64,000 nt of DNA from Balanoglossus misakiensis (lineage: Eukaryota > Animalia > Hemichordata), in assembly GCA_040954595.2 (NCBI GenBank), contig CM082580.2, positions 1,540,783 to 1,604,782 of the forward strand, given 5' to 3'. The notes under the pieces are model-generated. The model worked only from the letters and a program-made list of their open reading frames with translations. It had not been told where the DNA came from and searched no databases. The translations under genes were made by a program, and so were the position numbers. Every line of letters starts with the position of its first letter. The stretch's first letter is position 1. Positions 28,901-39,600 of the stretch are shown here, piece by piece.

Positions 28901-31450
28901 GTAAAATTTCATGGTTGCTTCCAAATACAGCCTCGTTTATTTACCGATTTCTGTTGTGATGCGCATAACACATAGATAGGCCTATGCGCATAAGAACGTT
29001 TTCCACTAGACTCTGTAGATCGACGGATAGTTGTACAATTTCCATGGTTGCTTCCAAACAGCCTCGTTTATTTACCGATTTCTGTTGTGAGGCGCAGAAC
29101 ACATGATAGGCCTATGCGCATAAGACATTTTTCCACTAGACTCTGTAGATCGACGGATAGTTCTAAAATTTCCATGGTTGCTTCCAAACAGCCTCGTTTA
29201 TTTACCGAATTCTGTTGTGAGGCGCAGAGCACGTAATAGGCCTATGCGCATAAGAAAGTTTTCCACCAGACTCCGTAGATCGACGGATAGTTGTAAAATT
29301 TCCATGGTTGTTTCCAAACACAGCCTCGTTCATTTACAAAATTCTGTTGTGATGCGCTGAACACATACATATGCCTATGCGCATAAGAAAGTTTCCACTA
29401 GACTCTGTAGATCGACGGATAGTTCTAAAATTTCCATGATTGCTTCCAAACACATCCTCGATTGTTTACAAAATTCTGTTGTGATGCGCAGAACACATAG
29501 ATAGGCCTATGCGCATATGAACGTTTTCCACTATACACTGTAGATCGAGAGATAGTTCTAAAACTTCCATGTTTGCTTCCAAACAGCCTCGTTTATTTGC
29601 GGAATTCTGTTTTGAGGCGCAGAACACATAGATAGGCATATGTGAATAAGAAAGTTTTCCACTATAGACTCTGTAGATCGAGAGATAGTTGTAAAATTTC
29701 CATGGTTGCTTCCAAACAGCCTCGTTTATTTACCGATTTCTGTTGTGAGGCGCAGAACACATAGATAGGCCTATGCGCATAAAAAACTTTTCAACTTTAG
29801 ATCAACGGATAGTTCAAAAATTTCCATGGTTGTTTCCAAACAGCCTCGTTTATTTACCGAATTCTGTTGTGATGCGTAGAACACATACATATGCCTATGC
29901 GCATAAGAAAGTTTTCCACCAGACTCTGTAGATCGACGGATAGTTGTAAAATTTCCATGGTTGCTTCCAAACAGCCTCGTTTATTTACCGATTTCTGTTG
30001 TGATGCGCAGAACACATAGATAGGCATATGTGCATAATAAAGTTTTCCACTAGACTCTGTAGATCGAGAGATAGTTCTAAAATTTCCATGGTTGCTTCCA
30101 AACACAGCCTCGTTTGTTTACAAAATTCTGTTGTGATGCGCAGAACACATATATAGGCCTATGCGCATAATAACGTTTTCCACTAGACTCTGTAGATCGA
30201 CGGATAGTTGTAAAATTTCCATGGTTGCTTCCAAACAGCCTCGTTTATTTACCGAATTCTGTTGTGAGGCGCAGAACACATAGATAGGCATATGTGCATA
30301 AGAAAGTTTTCCACTATAGACTCTGTAGATCGAGAGATAGTTCTAAAATGTCCATGGTTGCTTCCAAACACAGCCTCGTTTGTTTACAAAATTCTGTTAT
30401 GATGCGCAGAACACATATATAGGCCTATGCGCATAAGACCGTTTCCACTAGACTCTGTAGATCGACGGATAGCTGTAAAATTTCCATGGTTGCTTTTAAA
30501 CAGCCTCGTTTATTTACCGATTTCTGTTGTGAGGCGCAGAACACATAGATAGGCATATGTGCATAAGAAAGTTTTCCACTATAGACTCTGTAGATAGTTC
30601 TAAAATGTCCATGGTTGCTTCCAAACACAGCCTCGTTTATTTACCGATTTCTGTTGAGATGCGCATAACACATAGATAGGCCTATGCGCATAAGAACGTT
30701 TTCCACTAGACTCTGTAGATCGACGGATAGTTGTACAATTTCCATGGTTGCTTCCAAACAGCCTCGTTTATTTACCGATTTCTGTTGTGAGGCGCAGAAC
30801 ACATGACAGGCCTATGCGCATAAGACATTTTTCCACTAGACTCTGTAGATCGACGGATAGTTCTAAAATGTCCATGGTTGCTTCCAAACAGCCTCGTTTA
30901 TTTACCGAATTCTGTTGTGAGGCGCAGAGCACGTAATAGGCCTATGCGCATAAGAAAGTTTTCCACCAGACTCCGTAGATCGACGGATAGTTGTAAAATT
31001 TCCATGGTTGTTTCCAAACACAGCCTCGTTCATTTACAAAATTCTGTTGTGATGCGCTGAACACATACATATGCCTATGCGCATAAGAAAGTTTCCCACT
31101 AGACTCTGTAGATCGACGGATAGTTCTAAAATGTCCATGGTTGCTTCCAAACAAAGCCTCGATTGTTTACAAAATTCTGTTGTGATGCGCAGAACACATA
31201 GATAGGCCTATGCGCATATGAACGTTTTCCACTATACTCTGTAGATCGAGAGTTAGTTCTAAAATTTCCATGTTTGCTTCCAAACAGCCTCGTTTATTTA
31301 CGGAATTCTGTTTTGAGGCGCAGAACACATAGATAGGCATATGTGCATAAGAAAGTTTTCCACTATAGACTCTGTACATCGAGAGATAGTTCTAAAATTT
31401 CCATGGTTGCTTTCAAACACAGCCTCGTTTGTTTACAAAATTCTGTTGTG
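19940..31450. repeat. Nested higher-order repeats of satellite A with 5124-bp and 3016-bp periods
   Basis: Identical ORFs at 20908/26032/29048, 21714/26838/29854 and 22285/27409/30425 (offsets 5124, then 3016). An 8-bp deletion marker, TGTAGATAGTTC, lies at ~22451, ~27575 and ~30591. Ends are approximate. Confidence 0.88.
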
Positions 31451-32171
31451 ATGCGCAGAACACATATATAGGCCTATGCGCATAAGAACGTTTTCCACTA
31501 GACTCTGTAGATCGACGGATAGTTCTAAAATTTCCATGGTTGCTTCCAAACAGCCTCGTTTATTTACCGAATTCTGTTGTGAGGCACAGAACACATAGAT
31601 AGGCCTATGTGCATAAGAAAGTTTTCCACTATAGACTCTGTAGATCGAGAGATAGTTCTAAAATGTCCATGGTTGCTTCCAAACACAGCCTCGTTTGTTT
31701 ACAAAATTCTGTTGTGATGCGCAGAACACATATATAGGCCTATGCGCATAATAACGTTTTCCACTAGACTCTGTAGATCGACGGATAGTTGTAAAATTTC
31801 CATGGTTGCTTCCAAACAGCCTCGTTTATTTACCGAATTCTGTTGTGAGGCGCAGAACACATAGATAGGCATATGTGCATAAGAAAGTTTTCCACTATAG
31901 ACTCTGTAGATCGAGAGATAGTTCTAAAATGTCCATGGTTGCTACCAAACACAGCCTCGTTTGTTTACAACATTCTGTTGTGATGCGCAGAACACATATA
32001 TAGGCCTATGCGCATAAGAACGTTTCCACTAGACTCTGTAGATCGACGGATAGCTGTAAAATTTCTATGGTTGCTTCCAAACAGCCTCGTTTATTTACCG
32101 ATTTCTGTTGTGAGGCGCAGAACACATGATAGGCCTATGCGCATGAGACATTTTTCCACTAGACTCTGTAG

Positions 32172-32187
32172 ATCGACGGATTTTGAG
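32172..32187. other. Direct junction between satellite A and satellite B at the shared ATCGACG motif
   Basis: The sequence reads ...CTCTGTAG-ATCGACG-GA-TTTTGAGATTTTGC. A normally reads GATCGACGGATAGTTG and B normally reads AAATCGACGAAATTTTGAG. No foreign bases lie between them. Confidence 0.95.
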
Positions 32188-32242
32188 ATTTTGCAAATTC
32201 GAAAATTTGTCATTTTTTGATGATTTTCACCCATGATTTTTT

Positions 32243-32298
32243 TCAAAAATCGACGAAATTTTGAGATTTTGCAAAGTCGAAAATTTGTCATTTTTTGA
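32243..32298. other. Representative 56-bp imperfect palindrome, present in each full satellite B monomer
   Basis: TCAAAAATCGACGAAATTTTGAGATTTTG|CAAAGTCGAAAATTTGTCATTTTTTGA, with the dyad between 32271 and 32272. The arms pair as TTTG/CAAA, AAATTTT/AAAATTT, GAC/GTC and TCAAAAA/TTTTTGA, with single-base bulges. Confidence 0.8.
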
Positions 32299-35200
32299 TT
32301 ATTTTCACCCATGATTTTTTTCAAAAATCGACAAAATTTTTAGATTTTGCAAAGTCGACAATTTGTCATTTTTTGATGATTTTCACCATGATTTTTTTTT
32401 AAAAAATGACGAAATTTTGAGATTTTGCAAAGACGAAAATTTGTAATTTTTTGATGATTTTCACCCATGATTTTTTTTCAAAAATGTACGAAATTTTGAG
32501 ATTTTGCAAAGTCGAAAATTTGTAATTTTTTGATGATTTTCACCCATGATTTTTTTCAAAAATCGACGAAATTTGAGATTTTGCAAAGTCGAAAATTTGT
32601 CATTTTTTGATGATTTTCACCCATGTTTTTTTTCAAAAATCTACGAAATTTTGAGATTTTGCAAAGTCGAAAATTTGTCATTTTTTGATGATTTTCACCC
32701 ATGATTTTTTTCAAAAATCGACAAAATTTTTAGATTTTGCAAAGTCGAAAATTTGTAATTTTTTGATGATTTTTACCCATGATTTTTTTTTTTCAAAAAT
32801 CGACGAAATTTTGAGATTTTGCAAAGACGAAAATTTGTAATTTTTTGATGATTTTCACCCATGACTTTTTTTCAAAAATTTACGAAATTTTGAGATTTTG
32901 CAAAGTCGAAAATTTGTCATTTTTTGATGATTTTCACCCATGATTTTTCTCAAAAATCGACGAAATTTTGAGATTTTGCAAAGTCGAAAATTTGTAATTT
33001 TTTGATGATTTTCACCCATGATTTTTTTTCAAAAATCAACGAACCCATGATTTTTTTTCAAAAATCGACAAAATTTTGAGATTTTGCAAAGTCGAAAATT
33101 TGTCATTTTTTGATGATTTTCACCCATGATTTTTCTCAAAAATCGACGAAATTTTGAGATTTTGCAAAGTCGAAAATTTGTAATTTTTTGATGATTTTCA
33201 CCCATGATTTTTTTTCAAAAATCGACGAAATTTTGAGATTTTGCAATGTCGAAAATTTGTCATTTATTAATGATTTTCACCCATGATTTTTTTTCAAAAA
33301 TCGACAAATTTTTGAGATTTTGCAAAGTCGAAAATTTGTAATTTTTTGATGATTTTCACCCATGTTTTTTTTCAAAATTGAACGAACCCATGATTTTTTT
33401 CAAAAATCGACGAAATTTTGAGATTTTGCAAAGTCGAAAATTTGTCATTTTTTGATGATTTTCACCCATGATTTTTTTCAAAAATCGACAAAATTTTGAG
33501 ATTTTGCAAAGTCGAAAATTTGTAATTTTTTGATGATTTTTACCCATGATTTTTTTTTTCAAAAATCGACGAAATTTTGAGATTTTGCAAATTCGAAAAT
33601 TTGTAATTTTTTGATGATTTTCACCCTTTTTTTTTTCAAAAATCAACGAACCCATGATTTTTTTTCAAAAATCTACGAAATTTTGAGAGTTTGCAAAGTC
33701 GAAAATTTGTCATTTTTTGATGATTTTCACCCATGATTTTTTTCAAAAATCGACAAAATTTTTAGATTTTGCAAAGTCGAAAATTTGTAATTTTTTGATG
33801 ATTTTTACCCATGATTTTTTTTTTCAAAAATCGACGAAATTTTGAGATTTTGCAAAGACGAAAATTTGTAATTTTTTGATGATTTTCACCCATATTTTTT
33901 TTCAAAATTGAACGAACCCATGATTTTTTTCAAAAATCGACGAAATTTTGAGATTTTGCAAAGTCGAAAATTTGTCATTTTTTGATGATTTTCACCCATG
34001 ATTTTTTTCAAAAATCGACGAAATTTTGAGATTTTGCAAAGTCGAAAATTTGTCATTTTTTGATGATTTTCACCCATGATTTTTTTCAAAAATCGACGAA
34101 ATTTTGAGATTTTGCAAAGTCGAAAATGTGTCATTTTTCGATGATTTTCACCCATGATTTTTTTCAAAAATCTACGAAATTTTGAGATTTTGCAAAGTCG
34201 AAAATTTGTCATTTTTTGATGATTTTCACCCATGATTTTTTTCAAAAATCTACGAAATTTTGAGATTTTGCAAAGTCGAAAATTTGTCATTTTTTGATGA
34301 TTTTCACCCATGATTTTTTTCAAAAATCGACAAAATTTTTAGATTTTGCAAAGTCGAAAATTTGTAATTTTTTGATGATTTTTACCCATGATTTTTTTTT
34401 TCAAAAATCGACGAAATTTTGAGATTTTGCAAAGACGAAAATTTGTAATTTTTTGATGATTTTCACCCATATTTTTTTTCAAAATTGAACGAACCCATGA
34501 TTTTTTTCAAAAATCGACGAAATTTTGAGATTTTGCAAAGTCGAAAATTTGTCATTTTTTGATGATTTTCACCCATGATTTTTTTCAAAAATCGACGAAA
34601 TTTTGAGATTTTGCAAATTCGAAAATTTGTCATTTTTTGATGATTTTCACCCATGATTTTTTTCAAAAATCGACGAAATTTTGAGATTTTGCAAAGTCGA
34701 AAATGTGTCATTTTTCGATGATTTTCACCCATGATTTTTTTCAAAAATCTACGAAATTTTGAGATTTTGCAAAGTCGAAAATTTGTCATTTTTTGATGAT
34801 TTTCACCCATGATTTTTTTCAAAAATCGACAAAATTTTTAGATTTTGCAAAGTCGAAAATTTGTAATTTTTTGATGATTTTTACCCATGATTTTTTTTTT
34901 CAAAAATCGACGAAATTTTGAGATTTTGCAAAGACGAAAATTTGTAATTTTTTGATGATTTTCACCCATATTTTTTTTCAAAATTGAACGAACCCATGAT
35001 TTTTTTTCAAAAATCTACGAAATTTTGAGATTTTGCAAAGTCGAAAATTTGTCATTTTTTGATGATTTTCACCCATGATTTTTTTCAAAAATCGACAAAA
35101 TTTTTAGATTTTGCAAAGTCGAAAATTTGTAATTTTTTGATGATTTTTACCCATGATTTTTTTTTTCAAAAATCGACGAAATTTTGAGATTTTGCAAAGA

Positions 35201-36699
35201 CGAAAATTTGTAATTTTTTGATGATTTTCACCCATATTTTTTTTCAAAATTGAACGAACCCATGATTTTTTTCAAAAATCGACGAAATTTTGAGATTTTG
35301 CAAAGTCGAAAATTTGTCATTTTTTGATGATTTTCACCCATGTTTTTTTTTTCAAAAATCGACGAAATTTTGAGATTTTGCAAAGTCGAAAATTTGTCAT
35401 TTATTAATGATTTTCACCCATGATTTTTTTTCAAAAATTTACGAAATTTTGAGATTTTGCAAAGTCGAAAATTTGTCATTTTTTGATGATTTTCACCCAT
35501 GATTTTTCTCAAAAATCGACGAAATTTTGAGATTTTGCAAAGTCGAAAATTTGTAATTTTTTGATGATTTTCACCCATGATTTTTTTTCAAAAATCAACG
35601 AACCCATGATTTTTTTTCAAAAATCGACAAAATTTTGAGATTTTGCAAAGTCGAAAATTTGTCATTTTTTGATGATTTTCACCCATGATTTTTCTCAAAA
35701 ATCGACGAAATTTTGAGATTTTGCAAAGTCGAAAATTTGTAATTTTTTGATGATTTTCACCCATGATTTTTTTTCAAAAATCGACGAAATTTTGAGATTT
35801 TGCAATGTCGAAAATTTGTCATTTATTAATGATTTTCACCCATGATTTTTTTTCAAAAATCGACAAATTTTTGAGATTTTGCAAAGTCGAAAATTTGTAA
35901 TTTTTTGATGATTTTCACCCATGTTTTTTTTCAAAATTGAACGAACCCATGATTTTTTTCAAAAATCGACGAAATTTTGAGATTTTGCAAAGTCGAAAAT
36001 TTGTCATTTTTTGATGATTTTCACCCATGATTTTTTTCAAAAATCGACAAAATTTTGAGATTTTGCAAAGTCGAAAATTTGTAATTTTTTGATGATTTTT
36101 ACCCATGATTTTTTTTTTCAAAAATCGACGAAATTTTGAGATTTTGCAAATTCGAAAATTTGTAATTTTTTGATGATTTTCACCCTTTTTTTTTCAAAAA
36201 TCAACGAACCCATGATTTTTTTTCAAAAATCTACGAAATTTTGAGATTTTGCAAAGTCGAAAATTTGTCATTTTTTGATGATTTTCACCCATGATTTTTT
36301 TCAAAAATCGACAAAATTTTGAGATTTTGCAAAGTCGAAAATTTGTAATTTTTTGATGATTTTTACCCATGATTTTTTTTTTCAAAAATCGACGAAATTT
36401 TGAGATTTTGCAAATTCGAAAATTTGTAATTTTTTGATGATTTTCACCCTTTTTTTTTCAAAAATCAACGAACCCATGATTTTTTTTCAAAAATCTACGA
36501 AATTTTGAGATTTTGCAAAGTCGAAAATTTGTCATTTTTTGATGATTTTCACCCATGATTTTTTTCAAAAATCGACAAAATTTTTAGATTTTGCAAAGTC
36601 GAAAATTTGTAATTTTTTGATGATTTTTACCCATGATTTTTTTTTTCAAAAATCGACGAAATTTTGAGATTTTGCAAAGACGAAAATTTGTAATTTTTT

Positions 36700-39600
36700 G
36701 ATGATTTTCACCCATATTTTTTTTCAAAATTGAACGAACCCATGATTTTTTTCAAAAATCGACGAAATTTTGAGATTTTGCAAAGTCGAAAATTTGTCAT
36801 TTTTTGATGATTTTCACCCATGATTTTTTTCAAAAATCGACGAAATTTTGAGATTTTGCAAAGTCGAAAATGTGTCATTTTTCGATGATTTTCACCCATA
36901 TTTTTTTTCAAAATTGAACGAACCCATGATTTTTTTCAAAAATCGACGAAATTTTGAGATTTTGCAAAGTCGAAAATTTGTCATTTTTTGATGATTTTCA
37001 CCCATGATTTTTTTCAAAAATCGACGAAATTTTGAGATTTTGCAAAGTCGAAAATGTGTCATTTTTCGATGATTTTCACCCATGATTTTTTTCAAAAATC
37101 GACAAAATTTTGAGATTTTGCAAATTCGAAAATTTGTCATTTTTTGATGATTTTCACCCATGATTTTTTTCAAAAATCGACGAAATTTTGAGATTTTGCA
37201 AAGTCGAAAATGTGTCATTTTTCGATGATTTTCACCCATGATTTTTTTCAAAAATCTACGAAATTTTGAGATTTTGCAAAGTCGAAAATTTGTCATTTTT
37301 TGATGATTTTCACCCATGATTTTTTTCAAAAATCGACAAAATTTTTAGATTTTGCAAAGTCGAAAATTTGTAATTTTTTGATGATTTTTACCCATGATTT
37401 TTTTTTTCAAAAATCGACGAAATTTTGAGATTTTGCAAAGACGAAAATTTGTAATTTTTTGATGATTTTCACCCATATTTTTTTTCAAAATTGAACGAAC
37501 CCATGATTTTTTTCAAAAATCGACGAAATTTTGAGATTTTGCAAAGTCGAAAATTTGTCATTTTTTGATGATTTTCACCCATGATTTTTTTCAAAAATCG
37601 ACGAAATTTTGAGATTTTGCAAAGTCGAAAATGTGTCATTTTTCGATGATTTTCACCCATGATTTTTTTCAAAAATCGACAAAATTTTGAGATTTTGCAA
37701 AGTCGAAAATTTGTCATTTTTTGATGATTTTCACCCATGATTTTTCTCAAAAATCGACGAAATTTTGCAAAGTCGAAAATTTGTAATTTTTTGATGATTT
37801 TCACCCATGATTTTTTTTCAAAAATCGACGAAATTTTGAGATTTTGCAAAGTCGAAAATTTGTTATTTATTAATGATTTTCACCCATGATTTTTTTTCAA
37901 AAATCGACAAAATTTTGAGATTTTGCAAAGTCGAAAATTTGTAATTTTTTGATGATTTTCACCCATGTTTTTTTTCAAAATTGAACGAACCCATGATTTT
38001 TTTCAAAAATCGACAAAATTTTGAGATTTTGCAAAGTCGAAAATTTGTCATTTTTTGATGATTTTCACCCATGTTTTTTTTTTCAAAAATCGACGAAATT
38101 TTGAGATTTTGCAAATTCGAAAATTTGTAATTTTTTGATGATTTTCACCCTTTTTTTTTCAAAAATCAACGAACCCATGATTTTTTTTCAAAAATCTACG
38201 AAATTTTGAGATTTTGCAAAGTCGAAAATTTGTCATTTTTTGATGATTTTCACCCATGATTTTTTTCAAAAATCGACAAAATTTTTAGATTTTGCAAAGT
38301 CGAAAATTTGTAATTTTTTGGTGATTTTTACCCATGATTTTTTTTTTCAAAAATCGACGAAATTTTGAGATTTTGCAAAGACGAAAATTTGTAATTTTTT
38401 GATGATTTTCACCCATATTTTTTTTCAAAATTGAACGAACCCATGATTTTTTTCAAAAATCGACGAAATTTTGAGATTTTGCAAAGTCGAAAATTTGTCA
38501 TTTTTTGATGATTTTCACCCATGATTTTTTTCAAAAATCGACGAAATTTTGAGATTTTGCAAAGTCGAAAATGTGTCATTTTTCGATGATTTTCACCCAT
38601 ATTTTTTTTCAAAATTGAACGAACCCATGATTTTTTTCAAAAATCGACGAAATTTTGAGATTTTGCAAAGTCGAAAATTTGTCATTTTTTGATGATTTTC
38701 ACCCATGATTTTTTTCAAAAATCGACGAAATTTTGAGATTTTGCAAAGTCGAAAATGTGTCATTTTTCGATGATTTTCACCCATGATTTTTTTCACAAAT
38801 CGACAAAATTTTGAGATTTTGCAAATTCGAAAATTTGTCATTTTTTGATGATTTTCACCCATGATTTTTTTCAAAAATCGACGAAATTTTGAGATTTTGC
38901 AAAGTCGAAAATGTGTCATTTTTCGATGATTTTCACCCATGATTTTTTTCAAAAATCTACGAAATTTTGAGATTTTGCAAAGTCGAAAATTTGTCATTTT
39001 TTGATGATTTTCACCCATGATTTTTTTCAAAAATCGACAAAATTTTTAGATTTTGCAAAGTCGAAAATTTGTAATTTTTTGATGATTTTTACCCATGATT
39101 TTTTTTTTCAAAAATCGACGAAATTTTGAGATTTTGCAAAGACGAAAATTTGTAATTTTTTGATGATTTTCACCCATATTTTTTTTCAAAATTGAACGAA
39201 CCCATGATTTTTTTCAAAAATCGACGAAATTTTGAGATTTTGCAAAGTCGAAAATTTGTCATTTTTTGATGATTTTCACCCATGATTTTTTTCAAAAATC
39301 GACGAAATTTTGAGATTTTGCAAAGTCGAAAATGTGTCATTTTTCGATGATTTTCACCCATGATTTTTTTCAAAAATCGACAAAATTTTGAGATTTTGCA
39401 AAGTCGAAAATTTGTCATTTTTTGATGATTTTCACCCATGATTTTTCTCAAAAATCGACGAAATTTTGCAAAGTCGAAAATTTGTAATTTTTTGATGATT
39501 TTCACCCATGATTTTTTTTCAAAAATCGACGAAATTTTGAGATTTTGCAAAGTCGAAAATTTGTCATTTATTAATGATTTTCACCCATGATTTTTTTTCA

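Larger units (their letters stand above)
1..32181. repeat. Satellite A: tandem array of ~130-133 bp monomers (~245 copies), ~42% GC; open at the left window edge
   Basis: Consensus approx. AAATTTCCATGGTTGCTTCCAAACAGCCTCGTTTATTTACCGAATTCTGTTGTGAGGCGCAGAACACATAGATAGGCCTATGCGCATAAGAAAGTTTTCCACTAGACTCTGTAGATCGACGGATAGTTGTA. Monomers start at 1, 131, 261, 394 and so on, in one orientation and uninterrupted until ...GTAGATCGACGGAT at 32181. Confidence 0.98.

Noticed and set aside
1-32181. 5S rRNA, tRNA or other structural-RNA tandem array (monomer length is near 120 nt)
   Set aside because: I see no similarity to 5S rRNA or a tRNA cloverleaf, no clear Pol III A/B/C boxes and no gene-plus-spacer organisation.
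32161-32200. Transposon footprint or target-site duplication at the junction
   Set aside because: No foreign bases, terminal repeats or duplicated target are visible. Every base is assignable to A or B.
13-32220. Many 60-146 aa ORFs in satellite A (MLPNSLVYLP..., MFGSNHGNF...)
   Set aside because: They are read-through of a 130-133 bp repeat that shifts frame between monomers. They occur on both strands, show no recognisable domain and have no gene context.
32218-32291. Hammerhead ribozyme-like words in B (TGATGA...GAAA...GTC); some animal satellites encode hammerheads
   Set aside because: The core reads TTGATGA rather than CTGAnGA, and I cannot form stem II closing between TGATGA and CGAAA. 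An Infernal search with Rfam hammerhead models would be decisive. The box C-like TGATGA also lacks a box D (CTGA) partner.
32771-32780. Telomere-like motif (TTTTACCC / TTTTCACCC) in B
   Set aside because: It occurs once per monomer, is not tandem, and does not match TTAGGG, TTTAGGG or TTAGG on either strand.
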